From the NCBI GenBank assembly GCA_965223705.1, contig OZ245015.1:3008001-3072000 (forward strand): a DNA stretch of 64,000 nt, read 5' to 3'. The DNA comes from Myxococcota bacterium (lineage in GTDB: Bacteria; Myxococcota_A; UBA9160; UBA6930). Made by a program: the position numbers and the translations under genes. The notes under the pieces are model-generated. The model made no database searches. It saw nothing but the letters and a program-made list of their open reading frames with translations, and had not been told where the DNA came from. Positions 17,673 through 27,227 of the stretch are shown one piece after another; the stretch's first letter is position 1, and each line of letters starts with the position of its first letter.

Positions 17673-18788
17673 TCAGATCACCTCCAATTCGGCGGACAGT
17701 GCGCCTGCGGCCTTGATCGCTTGCAAGATGGCGATCAAGTCGCGAGGGGTGACGCCCAAGGCGTTGAGCCCCCGAACCAGTTCGTCGATGGTGATGGGCT
17801 CGTCGACGACCGAGAGAAACGCCTCTTCCTCTTCCGCGGTGACGACTTCGTTCGTCACGCCAACGGTCTCTCCTCGAGACAACGGCGCCGGCTGCGACAC
17901 GTCGTTTTCGGCTGCGATCGTGACGGACAGGTTGCCGTGGGCTACCGCGACGCGCTCGAGCCGCACGTTCGCTCCCATCACGATGGTTCCCGTTCGCTCG
18001 TTCACCACGACGCGAGCGACGCGATCCGGGTCGATCTCGACTTCCTCGATGGAAGCCATGAACGTGACCTCGTCGCCGGCAAATTGCTCCGGGATGCGAA
18101 CCCGGACGGTCGCCGGATCCGGCGCATGCGCCACGGGTTGTCCGAGTTTCTCGTTGATCGACTCCGCCATTCGCTTCGCCGTCGTGAAATCCGCGTGCGA
18201 CAGCGCGAGGTCGAAGGCCGGCTTGCCGACCAACGTGTACGGGAGCTCCCTTTCGACCGTGGCGCCGTTTGCCAACCGACCGACAGTCGGGTGGTTTTTT
18301 TGAACGGATGACCCCGCGCCGCCCCCCGCGGAAAAACCACCCACCGAGAGCGGCCCCTGTGCGAGGGCGTATACCTCCCCGTCAGCGCCGTAGAGCGGAG
18401 TCAACAAGAGGGTTCCACCCTCGAGACTGGTCGCATCCCCGGCGGAGGAGATCGTCGCGTCGAGCCTCGCACCCGTCCGAGCGAACGGAGGCAAGACCGC
18501 CGTCACCATGACTGCGGCGACGTTCTTGACGCTGATCGCGTCCGCGTCGACCCCGATACCGAGTCTCGTCAACATGCTCGAGAGAGACTGAACGGTGAAC
18601 TCTGTCCCCTGGCGATCCCCGGTGCCGTTGAGTCCCACGACGAGGCCGTAGCCGATCAGCTGGTTGCCTCGGACCCCCTTCGCCGCGGCGATATCCTTCA
18701 CGCGAACCGAGGCCGCCGGTGTTGACACGAGCACTGTGGCTCCCGCGATTACGGCTATTGCCGTCCGGGCTAGAACGGATAGATCCAT
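17673..18788 (-). CDS. flgI: P-ring protein FlgI
   Basis: RVKDI..GVRGNQLIGYGLVVGLNGTGD, AIKAAGAL. Confidence 0.98.
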   Translation of the reverse strand: MDLSVLARTAIAVIAGATVLVSTPAASVRVKDIAAAKGVRGNQLIGYGLVVGLNGTGDRQGTEFTVQSLSSMLTRLGIGVDADAISVKNVAAVMVTAVLPPFARTGARLDATISSAGDATSLEGGTLLLTPLYGADGEVYALAQGPLSVGGFSAGGGAGSSVQKNHPTVGRLANGATVERELPYTLVGKPAFDLALSHADFTTAKRMAESINEKLGQPVAHAPDPATVRVRIPEQFAGDEVTFMASIEEVEIDPDRVARVVVNERTGTIVMGANVRLERVAVAHGNLSVTIAAENDVSQPAPLSRGETVGVTNEVVTAEEEEAFLSVVDEPITIDELVRGLNALGVTPRDLIAILQAIKAAGALSAELEVI

Positions 18789-19525
18789 TGCATCACTCTC
18801 GACATGATCGGGGGCCGCTGCTTATCGTCGATCACTCCGACCCCGTCATAGACGAGGCGTGCTTCGGCGAGCGCGGTCGACGGAACCGTGTTGTTGATCC
18901 CGATATCTTCCTTGCGAACCAGTCCTTCGACGGTCAGGACCTGAAGTTCGTGGTTTACGGCGATGGTCCGCTTGCCCCGAATGTGAAAGACGTCCCCCGG
19001 CAGTTCCGCGACGACGCGACACGTCACGACCGCTTGGAAGCTTCCTTCTCGGCTCGTGGTTCCGTCGCCGTCGTAGTCATTCGTGGACGATGACGTGACG
19101 GCGTTCACCGTGTCTCCGGGTGCCGACTCGATTCCACCGTCGATTCCGATGACGTCGAGAAGCTTCTCCGCACCCTTCTCGACGATCCCCGCCAAACCGA
19201 TATCCGAGCTCAGCGAACCGCCCATACTCGACGCTTTCGACAGCGAGGTCTCCGCGGAGCCCTCAGCCGAAATACTCTCCACCACCAACACCGTCACCAG
19301 GTCGCCGAGGCCGTGTGCTTTGCTGTCGTAGAAGAGGAACGACCCCGAAGCCGTCTTGCCTCGCCAGATCGCGCCTTCATCCGGGGGTGGCTCAATCCGT
19401 TCAGGGATCGGCGCGTAGTCGTGCCCGGCGACGAGCTCGGGGATCGCGTGCTCGACGCATCCGACCCCGAAAAGCGACAGTGCGAGCGCCGCCGCGAGGC
19501 GGATCCACCGGCTAGAAATCGACAC
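18770..19525 (-). CDS. flgH: L-ring lipoprotein FlgH
   Basis: Lipobox GVGC, GDLVTV, GLVRKEDI..NTVPS, C-terminal PF. Confidence 0.94.
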   Translation of the reverse strand: MSISSRWIRLAAALALSLFGVGCVEHAIPELVAGHDYAPIPERIEPPPDEGAIWRGKTASGSFLFYDSKAHGLGDLVTVLVVESISAEGSAETSLSKASSMGGSLSSDIGLAGIVEKGAEKLLDVIGIDGGIESAPGDTVNAVTSSSTNDYDGDGTTSREGSFQAVVTCRVVAELPGDVFHIRGKRTIAVNHELQVLTVEGLVRKEDIGINNTVPSTALAEARLVYDGVGVIDDKQRPPIMSRVMQWIYPF

Positions 19526-20216
19526 GGACTAGCCCCGAGCGCTCGACGCGACCGACAACGCGCTTCTTCGAATCGATATTGATGGCTCGAAGGGTCTCCC
19601 CTTCCCCGGCGTCTTCCTCCGCTCGACCGATGGACTCGATCTCGAGATCTCCGCGCGAGAAGACCAGTCGGACGCGCTGTCCGCGCTCGACCACGGGAAC
19701 GATTTCGACCCAGTTCGAACGCAATACCGCATCGCGGGGAATTCTCCGGCGCGCTCGCTTCCCGATCACACTCTCGGGATCCGCTGCCGATCGCAACATC
19801 GATTTCTTCAGGTGCCGGCTCTCGACGCGAAAGTCGTCGAAGCGAACTTCGTCGCCGCGCGATATCTCTCGGATCGCAACAGCAACTTGTCGCGCGCGCC
19901 GGATCGTCGCTTTCACGACAGCGCGTTCCGCGGTTCCCCGCTCCCACTGGAGTACGACCGCCACGGTCTCGCCGCACGGCTCCTCGGCTGCGACCCGGAC
20001 GACGGGTCGGGTGTCCGCCGGAATCCTGCGTGCCAGCCTTGAGACATCCGGAACCTGAATAGCTTCGGACACCACGACACACGCGAGAGATACCTCTCGG
20101 CGGATGCGTTCGGCGAGTTCGCGCGACAGCCGCGGATCACTTCCGATCGACGGAGGCGGCACGAGGAGGATCACCGCGGCGACCGCCCAGCGAAATCGGC
20201 GCAGGGTTCGCATCAT
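19512..20216 (-). CDS. flgA: P-ring chaperone FlgA
   Basis: Signal peptide, SAF-like region, VERGQRV..GRAEEDAGEGE..N..S. Confidence 0.9.
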   Translation of the reverse strand: MMRTLRRFRWAVAAVILLVPPPSIGSDPRLSRELAERIRREVSLACVVVSEAIQVPDVSRLARRIPADTRPVVRVAAEEPCGETVAVVLQWERGTAERAVVKATIRRARQVAVAIREISRGDEVRFDDFRVESRHLKKSMLRSAADPESVIGKRARRRIPRDAVLRSNWVEIVPVVERGQRVRLVFSRGDLEIESIGRAEEDAGEGETLRAINIDSKKRVVGRVERSGLVRVDF

Positions 20217-20222
20217 CGATCC

Positions 20223-21005
20223 CTACGAGCCGACCGTGGCGGTGCGCATCATTTCATCGCCCGCCTGGAGCACCCGGGAATTCACCTCGAATGCGCGCTG
20301 CGCGAGGATCATGTGGACCAGTTCCTCCGCCATATTGACATTGGAAGACTCGAGAAAACCCTGTGCGATCGATCCAAAGCCCGTTTGGTCCGGAGTGCCC
20401 GTTTCGGGATCCCCGGAGGCTTCCGTCGGAGCGAACAAGTTTCCGCCCAGCGCTCGGAGACCCGCAGGGTTCGAGAATCGCGCCAGATCGAGCTGCCCCG
20501 CGTTGGTCGGTTGCGTCTGGCCGGCTTCCGTCACGGAGACGGTTCCATCTCGGAGCACGGTCACCTGGACCGCTTCCGCAGGTATCTGGATGTTGGGTTC
20601 GAGCAGATAGCCGAGCGCATTCACTAGATTGCCGTCGCGATCGAGCTGAAACGCACCGTCTCGGGTATAGACCGTGTCTCCATCGGGCCGGGTAATCTGA
20701 AAGAACCCGTCTCCATCGATCGAGAGATCGAGATCCCGTTCAGTGGTGACGCGCTCGCCGTTCGAGAACACCCGGCTGATCGCCGCCAACCGAACGCCGT
20801 GGCCGATTTGCGCGCCCGTCGGCAATGATTGCCCCTCGGCGGTGGCGGCCCCGGGTGCCTGAAGCGTCTCGTAGAAGAGGTCATGAAAGTCAGCGCGCGA
20901 CCGCTTGAACCCGGTGGTTCCGACGTTCGCCAAGTTGTTCGCAACGGTGTCGAGGCGATACTGCTGCGCCTCCATGCCCGTAGCGGCGGTAAAAAGAGCT
21001 TTCAT
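20223..21005 (-). CDS. flgG: Distal rod protein FlgG
   Basis: ANNLANVGTTGFK, YTRDGAF, LESSNVN. Confidence 0.97.
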   Translation of the reverse strand: MKALFTAATGMEAQQYRLDTVANNLANVGTTGFKRSRADFHDLFYETLQAPGAATAEGQSLPTGAQIGHGVRLAAISRVFSNGERVTTERDLDLSIDGDGFFQITRPDGDTVYTRDGAFQLDRDGNLVNALGYLLEPNIQIPAEAVQVTVLRDGTVSVTEAGQTQPTNAGQLDLARFSNPAGLRALGGNLFAPTEASGDPETGTPDQTGFGSIAQGFLESSNVNMAEELVHMILAQRAFEVNSRVLQAGDEMMRTATVGS

Positions 21006-21742
21006 TGGGAGAACTCCTGTAGCAACCGTGAGAGCGATTCATCCTCTGAACGCAGCACCTGCATCGCGGCCTCGTAGGACCGTTGCAAGATCATCAATGT
21101 GGCGAGCTCTCGAGTCGGATCGACATTGCTGCCTTCCACCGAACCTTCGAGCAGACGTGGTGCTTCGACGGGAAGATCGACGGCGTTGGCCTTGGAGCGA
21201 AACAGAGCGTCACCCGCTTTTTCGAGATCTTGTGGGCTATCGAATTCGACGACCTGCAGTCGGCCGAATACCGCACCGCTGTCACCCACGACCGATCCGT
21301 CGGATTGAATTCGGGGATTTTCCGCGTCGACTGCGATGGGTCCACCGTCACCAAGGACCGGATCTCCCGAAGCCGTCACGAGTTCGCCGAGCGGCGACAC
21401 GACGAATGAACCGGCGCGCGTGTAGCGCACACCCTCATCGGTCCCGATGGCAAAGTACCCCGGCCCATCGATCGCGACGTCGAGGCGGCGGCCTGTGCGA
21501 TTGATCGTTCCGCTCGACGGATCGAAGTGGGTGGCGCCTACGGCACCGAAGACGCGCCCGGTCGCGCCGGGCGTTGGCTCGCCATCCAGGTCGCGGATCG
21601 CGCCTTCGAGGGCGGCGTCGAACACGACGCGGTCGGACTTGAATCCTGTCGTCGCGGCGTTCGCCAGATTGTTCGCGACGATCTCAAGCTGCTTGAGCCG
21701 CGCGGCCGCACCGGCGGTGGAAACGTAAAAGCTGTCGGACAC
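21002..21742 (-). CDS. flgF: Proximal rod protein FlgF
   Basis: ANNLANAATTGFK, TGRRLDVAI, YTRAGSF, EGSNVD; precedes flgG. Confidence 0.93.
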   Translation of the reverse strand: MSDSFYVSTAGAAARLKQLEIVANNLANAATTGFKSDRVVFDAALEGAIRDLDGEPTPGATGRVFGAVGATHFDPSSGTINRTGRRLDVAIDGPGYFAIGTDEGVRYTRAGSFVVSPLGELVTASGDPVLGDGGPIAVDAENPRIQSDGSVVGDSGAVFGRLQVVEFDSPQDLEKAGDALFRSKANAVDLPVEAPRLLEGSVEGSNVDPTRELATLMILQRSYEAAMQVLRSEDESLSRLLQEFSQ

Positions 21743-21778
21743 TCATCTACCGCTCGGGGGAGTGGTTGTCGGTGTTTT

Positions 21779-21794
21779 TGCAAGCGCTGTGCCG
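21779..21794 (-). promoter_or_regulatory. Sigma54 promoter for the flgF-fliW operon
   Basis: Minus strand CGGCACAGCGCTTGCA. Confidence 0.85.
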
Positions 21795-21924
21795 TGTCTG
21801 GGTTCCGGTCGCCGTTGCGCGCGATGCGTTCCACGCCGCTCTACAGGTGGAAACCGCCTCAGTCCTCCGGAACACCCGACAGAATGAAATCCGCAATTCC
21901 TTCCTGAACGTTTTCTCCTCGCGC

Positions 21925-22113
21925 CTAGGCACGAATGTCCAGGTTCTTTCCGCGGTCCTCGTCGGAACTGTCGGGTTTTTCCGCGCTGTCGTCCTTCGAC
22001 TTGCGCTTGTTGCGACGGCCGTCTTTCTGGCGCTCTCTGGGCGGCTGCCCCGGCTTTTCGATTGGGATCGTTGCGGGAGCGGGAGGCGTGGACGGAATGC
22101 GCGTTTCGTTCAT
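21925..22113 (-). CDS. 62-aa disordered protein ending GKNLDIRA
   Basis: AAGGAG RBS; ATG coupled to the flhG stop (ATGA); sits where fliA usually lies. Confidence 0.65.
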   Translation of the reverse strand: MNETRIPSTPPAPATIPIEKPGQPPRERQKDGRRNKRKSKDDSAEKPDSSDEDRGKNLDIRA

Positions 22114-22903
22114 GACGTCACTCCTTGACGTGCGGGGACGATGGAGTCGTGCCGAGAAACACCGGACGAGTGCTTTGCCCAACGAGCCGCGAGTCGCGTA
22201 ATCGCCCGAGAGGCGGGCGCGTTTGGAAAGCGCGTGACCCACGGGACCTGACACTCTACGGCTTCCGCGACGTGATGATCGAAGGGGACTTCTTGCTCCA
22301 GAGAGATTTCGGTTCCGATAAAGCGCTGCGCCGCCCGCTGCAGCCGAACGGCCACGTCGTGCCCCTGGTAGGCCCCGACGACCTGGTTCACGAGGAGAGA
22401 GGAGCGGAGCGTCGGAGCGTCGCGGTGCACGACTTTGAGCGTTGCATAGACGTCGGTGATGCTCGTTTGCTCCGGCGTCGTGACGAACACGGCCCGCTCG
22501 CAGCAGGAGGCGAGCGCCCGAACGGAGGCGCCGATGCCGCTACCGGCGTCGACGAGAACCAGGTCGAACGTCCAGGAATCGGCGAGAATCGACGCCAACA
22601 GTGCCGACATTTCGGAAACGCGCGCGGCGGCGAGATCGGCGCGACCCGACGCCGCGGGAAGAATGGATAGTCCGGAGGGCCCGGTTATCAGGGCTTCGTC
22701 GACGCGGCACCTGCCGTCGATGATGTCCCCGATGTCCCACCTGGGCACGACACCCAGCAAGACATCGACATTGGCCAAGCCCAAGTCGCCATCGACCAGA
22801 AGAACCCGGCGCCCCAACCCGGCAGCTGCAACGGCGGCGTTCAAGATCAGATTGGTCTTGCCCACACCCCTTTGCCGCCGAGGAATGCGATCTTTTGGCT
22901 CAT
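22110..22903 (-). pseudogene. flhG: FlhG/FleN MinD-like ATPase with a 1-nt deletion in the P-loop (true lesion or read error)
   Basis: ATG 22903 coupled to the flhF stop gives MSQKIAFLGGKG, then shifts frame at a G4 run (22867-22870); G5 would restore GKGGVGKT. Downstream DGDLGLAN and TTPEQTSITD are intact. Confidence 0.85.
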
Positions 22904-24054
22904 GACCCAGGCTCCGCGATGAGCTCGGCCAATTGCTTCGGGTCGGCGAGCCCGAGGGTTTGCTGAACGTCGGGCCCGGTGCTCAACCACCCGAGCGGTG
23001 GCAGCGCGCCCGAGAGCAACAGATTCACGAGGTCGTGCCAGGCGTGCAGGCTCTCGGCCCGATTCGCAATGGTTGTGTCCGCTCGGATTTCTCGAAACGG
23101 TTTCAGATCGGCTTCGAGCTCCGCGCGACGGGTCGTAGCGGGTACGACCAAGTGGATGCCCGTACGCCGCCCCGAGATCGAACGGAGTTCAGACATCGCC
23201 GGATCTCGAATCGCGTCGGCGTGTATTTCAACGAACACGTGCCGGCGTCCCATCGCGCGAAGTGCGCCCCGAAGCTCGTCGAGGTGCCGGACGCGCTGGA
23301 AAGGAAGTGCGTTCCGGTGGCAGAAGGTGCGAAGAACGGCTTCGCGACCGTCGCGCGATTCGAGTGCGATCACCCCGATCTGTCGCCCGGGTTGGCTCCC
23401 GAGGGCCCGCGCGCCCGAGCGCATCCGCATTCCGACGAGCTTCGCGACACTCGTGGTCTTACCCGCGCCGAGGGGTCCGACCACAATCTCGTGCCGATAT
23501 CGACCGAGCGGCGTCACGCAGTGGCGTTCGAGGGCTTCTTCCAGTGTCAAGCGCAGCGCGCGGTCTTTCCCACCTCGGGCGGTGAAGTAGTGGAGCCGCT
23601 CTCGGAGCGGCTCGGCGACTTCGAGATCGAGTCCCGCGGCCAGAAGTGGGCACGGGGCGGACGGCTCCGCCGTGCGCTCCTTCAGCAACTGCTCGGTCAG
23701 CTCGCGAAGGGCTGCGACCTCCTCGGACAGCGTGTTCCCGGCGGCGCCCGAAACGTGTTGTACGGTGCGCGCCAACGAGCGGATCTCTTCTTCAAGAGGA
23801 GCCATCAGCGCCGTCAGCGACTGCGCCGTCGGCTTCGCCTCACGAGCGGCCCGCGACACGTCGCGCTGGTCTCCTTCCGGGGCTGCCGTTACCTCGCGCT
23901 GGTCTCCTTCCGGTGCTGCCATCACCTCGACGCGCGTCGCGCCGCCCGTGTCTCGTGTCTTCGTGGAAAGGATGAGCGCATTCGGGCCGAAGGCCTGACG
24001 GACCGACGCGATGGCCTCGGCCATGGTTTCGCCACTAAACTGCTGGATGCGCAT
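22900..24054 (-). CDS. flhF: FlhF, degenerate SRP-type GTPase
   Basis: N-terminal MRIQQF..TMAEAIASVRQAFGPNALILST, GPLGAGKTTSVAKL, STGPDV; between flhA and flhG. Confidence 0.88.
   Translation of the reverse strand: MRIQQFSGETMAEAIASVRQAFGPNALILSTKTRDTGGATRVEVMAAPEGDQREVTAAPEGDQRDVSRAAREAKPTAQSLTALMAPLEEEIRSLARTVQHVSGAAGNTLSEEVAALRELTEQLLKERTAEPSAPCPLLAAGLDLEVAEPLRERLHYFTARGGKDRALRLTLEEALERHCVTPLGRYRHEIVVGPLGAGKTTSVAKLVGMRMRSGARALGSQPGRQIGVIALESRDGREAVLRTFCHRNALPFQRVRHLDELRGALRAMGRRHVFVEIHADAIRDPAMSELRSISGRRTGIHLVVPATTRRAELEADLKPFREIRADTTIANRAESLHAWHDLVNLLLSGALPPLGWLSTGPDVQQTLGLADPKQLAELIAEPGS
23861..23926. repeat. 33-nt in-frame tandem duplication in flhF
   Basis: 23861-23893 versus 23894-23926, 30/33 identical; encodes AAPEGDQR twice. 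Confidence 0.92.
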
Positions 24055-26107
24055 CGGCCAGCTCCACCCGTCCGGACGCGACGACACTCACGTCCGGCGG
24101 CAATTCGTTGTGCGAAAGGACGGCGAGCCGAGGCGCGACGCGTGCGATGAGCTGCCGCAGCGGCGCCCGAACGGCCTGTGAACACAGCAGAACGGGACCC
24201 GGCCCGTCGGGTTCGCTCGAAGAGTCTTGGCACGCCGATTCGATTCCGCGTACGACGCGATCGAGCGTTCTCGGATCCACCGTCAGGAGCGACCCGCCTT
24301 CCGTGTGCTTCACCCCGGCGCCGAGTTGCTCTTCGGTCTGTGCGTCGAGGGTGATCACTCGCAGTCGCCGCCCGGCGTCGAGATGAGGTTCTACCACGGT
24401 GCGAGCGAGACGTTCTCGAACGAGATCGGTGAGCAAGTCGGGATCGTTGAGTTTTCCCGCGTATTCGGCGAGCGTCTCGAGAATGGCCCCCAAGTCTCGT
24501 ATCGACACGCTTTCCTGGAGCAGCGCCCGAAGTGTGTGATGTAGGACCGACACGCTGACAACCGAGGGGACGATCTCCTCCACCACTTTGGGTGCCGTCT
24601 CGGCAAAGCTGTCGAGCAGTTCGCGGACCTGTTGGCGGGAGAGAAGCTCTGGTGCGTGGCTGCGGATCACTTCCGCGATGTGTGTCGCGAGCGCCGACGA
24701 CGCATCGACGACCGCGTAGCCGAGATTTTGCGCGCGCTCCCGGTCGCGCTCTTGGATCCACACCGCGGGGAGACCGAAGGCCGCGTCCTTCGTCTCGATT
24801 CCGTCGATCTTCGCCGTGTCGCCGCCGGGGGACAAGGCGAGGAGACGACCGGGCGGTATCTGACCACCGGCTACGCGATTGCCGCGCACTAAAACTCCGT
24901 ACTCTTCGGGGGCAAGCTTCAGGTTGTCTCGAATGTGGATCAACGGAATAACGAAGCCGAGCTCGCTCGCGAGCTTCTTTCGCGTTGCGCGAATTCTCGG
25001 AAGGAGATCGCCGCCTCGGCCAGCATCGACGAGGGGAATGAGCCCGTAGCCGATCTCGAGCTCGAGGTCGTCGAGATTCAGCGCTGCCCGGACTTCGTCT
25101 TCCGCATCGGGCTGCGCGTCACCGGCGTCAGTGTCCGGCAAGTCGGCGTCGCTCGCCGCCGGCTCGGGCGCGAAAAATCCAGCGGCTGCTGCAGCCCCAG
25201 CCAAAACCGCGAAGGGGAGGAAGGGAAGCGCGGGAACGAGCGCGAGCGTTCCCAACATGGCGGCGGTGCCGTACATAGCGCGCGGCTGGAAAAGAATCTG
25301 GTCGCGAATTTCGGAGCCGAGAGCTTCGCCACCCGCAGCCCGACTGACGACCATACCCGCGGCCGTGGAGACAACCAGGGCCGGCACCTGCCCGACCAAC
25401 CCGTCGCCGACCGTCAGAATCGTGTAGGTCTCGAGCGCTTCGCCGATGGGCATACCGCCTTGTGCGACGCCGACGAGAAGACCACCCACGATGTTGACGA
25501 CCATGATCAAGAGCCCGGCGATCGCGTCGCCTTTTACGAATTTGCTCGCACCGTCCATCGCACCGTAGAAGTCGGCCTCGCGTTGGATATCGTGGCGTCG
25601 CGTGCGCGCTTCGGCGTCGTCGAGAATTCCCTGATTGAGGTCGGCGTCGATCGCCATCTGTTTGCCGGGCATGGCGTCCAGCGTAAAGCGCGCCGCGACC
25701 TCGGCGATGCGTCCTGAGCCTTTGGCGATCACGAGGAAATTAATGGCGACAAAGATCAGAAAGAGAATGATGCCGACGACGTAGTTTCCGCCCACGGCGA
25801 GATCGCCGAACGATTGAATGACCGCACCGGCCGCGCCCTCCCCCTCGCCGCCGTGGCCCAAGATGAGGCGCGTGCTGGCCACGTTGAGCCCGAGACGGAA
25901 GAGCGTGACCATCAGCAGGAGTGACGGGAACACCGAGAAGTCGAGTGGTCGCTCCGTATAGAGTGCGATCAACAGAATCAGCACGGAAGCCGTGATGGAG
26001 ACGGACAAGAAGAGATCGAGGACCACGGGAGGGAGCGGGACCACCAACAGCGCGAGGATCCAGAAGAACGCGACCGCCAAGCCCAACTCGGTGCGCTGCA
26101 ACTTCAT
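24035..26107 (-). CDS. flhA: Export gate FlhA
   Basis: RIAEVAARFTLDAMPGKQMAIDADL, FYGAMDGASKFVKGD. Confidence 0.98.
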   Translation of the reverse strand: MKLQRTELGLAVAFFWILALLVVPLPPVVLDLFLSVSITASVLILLIALYTERPLDFSVFPSLLLMVTLFRLGLNVASTRLILGHGGEGEGAAGAVIQSFGDLAVGGNYVVGIILFLIFVAINFLVIAKGSGRIAEVAARFTLDAMPGKQMAIDADLNQGILDDAEARTRRHDIQREADFYGAMDGASKFVKGDAIAGLLIMVVNIVGGLLVGVAQGGMPIGEALETYTILTVGDGLVGQVPALVVSTAAGMVVSRAAGGEALGSEIRDQILFQPRAMYGTAAMLGTLALVPALPFLPFAVLAGAAAAAGFFAPEPAASDADLPDTDAGDAQPDAEDEVRAALNLDDLELEIGYGLIPLVDAGRGGDLLPRIRATRKKLASELGFVIPLIHIRDNLKLAPEEYGVLVRGNRVAGGQIPPGRLLALSPGGDTAKIDGIETKDAAFGLPAVWIQERDRERAQNLGYAVVDASSALATHIAEVIRSHAPELLSRQQVRELLDSFAETAPKVVEEIVPSVVSVSVLHHTLRALLQESVSIRDLGAILETLAEYAGKLNDPDLLTDLVRERLARTVVEPHLDAGRRLRVITLDAQTEEQLGAGVKHTEGGSLLTVDPRTLDRVVRGIESACQDSSSEPDGPGPVLLCSQAVRAPLRQLIARVAPRLAVLSHNELPPDVSVVASGRVELADAHPAV

Positions 26108-26135
26108 CGTCCCGCCTCGCTAGCCGACGCACGTC

Positions 26136-27224
26136 TCATCGCTGCGTACCCCACGCGTCCTGCTTCCCCCGCCCGACGCGGTGCAGATACGCCAGGACTT
26201 CCGCGACGGCTTGGTAGAGGCTCTCCGGGATTTCCTTGCCCACGACGGTCGTCTGGTAGAGCGTTCGCGCCACCGGCGGATTCTCGACGAGGGGGACCCC
26301 GTGCTGGCTTGCCACTTCGCGAATACGCAGCGCGACATGGCCCCGCCCTTTGGCGATCACCCTCGGCGCCCCCATCGCCTCGCTCCGGTACGTGAGCGCC
26401 ACCGACACGTGGGTCGGATTCGTGATCACCACGTCGGCTTCCGCGACCGCCGCGATCATCCGCTGACGCGTCAATTCGCGGTGGAGAGACCGGAACCGCT
26501 GACGCACCTGCGGGCTGCCCTCGCGCTGTTTCGCCTCTTCACGCACTTCGTGGCGCGACATCCGGAGCTTGCGCTCGTTTCGAAAACGCTGGTACGCGAA
26601 ATCCCCGAGCGCTGCGAAGAACAAGACCACGAGGATGGTCGCCGCCAGCTCCCAAGCGAGCTCGCTCACGAAACGTAGGGTCTGGCCGGGTAGAGTTCCG
26701 GCGAGGCCGATGATCTGGGGAATCAGAGCGGACAAGAACATCCACGCAGCCGTGCCGACGACGGTCATCTTGACGACCGACTTCGCGAGATCGAAAAGGC
26801 GGTCGCCGTTGACCAAGCGCCCGAGACCGCGAACGGGATGCAGACGCTCCCAGCGAACCTTGAGCGCCTTCGTCGACAACAGAGGGCCCGTTTGCGCCAT
26901 GGGGGCCGCGATCCCAGCGACCAGGGCGACCGTCAGAATCGGGATCAGGGCGCCCGCAATCGGTACGGCGTAGAACATCAAAACGGCGTGAAAGTCCGTG
27001 ATTTCCGAAGGTCGAATCGACTGGCCGCCCCAGAGCTGCTGTGCGGCGCCGATCATCGCGGTCCCCAGGCCGCCTTCGGCGGCGATTCGAACCGCCGCGA
27101 ACATCGCCGCCAGAACCAGCACGGCGCTCAGTTCTCGGCTCTGGGCGACCTCACCCCGCGAGCGAGCTTCTTCTCGTCGTTTCGGCGTCGCCGGTTCGGT
27201 GCGTTCCGCTTGCTCTTCGGCCAC
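26136..27224 (-). CDS. flhB: Export switch FlhB
   Basis: RTEPATPKR and NPTH autocleavage motif. Confidence 0.97.
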   Translation of the reverse strand: MAEEQAERTEPATPKRREEARSRGEVAQSRELSAVLVLAAMFAAVRIAAEGGLGTAMIGAAQQLWGGQSIRPSEITDFHAVLMFYAVPIAGALIPILTVALVAGIAAPMAQTGPLLSTKALKVRWERLHPVRGLGRLVNGDRLFDLAKSVVKMTVVGTAAWMFLSALIPQIIGLAGTLPGQTLRFVSELAWELAATILVVLFFAALGDFAYQRFRNERKLRMSRHEVREEAKQREGSPQVRQRFRSLHRELTRQRMIAAVAEADVVITNPTHVSVALTYRSEAMGAPRVIAKGRGHVALRIREVASQHGVPLVENPPVARTLYQTTVVGKEIPESLYQAVAEVLAYLHRVGRGKQDAWGTQR

Positions 27225-27227
27225 AGC

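Noticed and set aside
22860..22876. Programmed -1 frameshift in flhG
   Set aside because: AAAGGGG is not in X-XXY-YYZ phase, and a G4/G5 run is short for phase variation.
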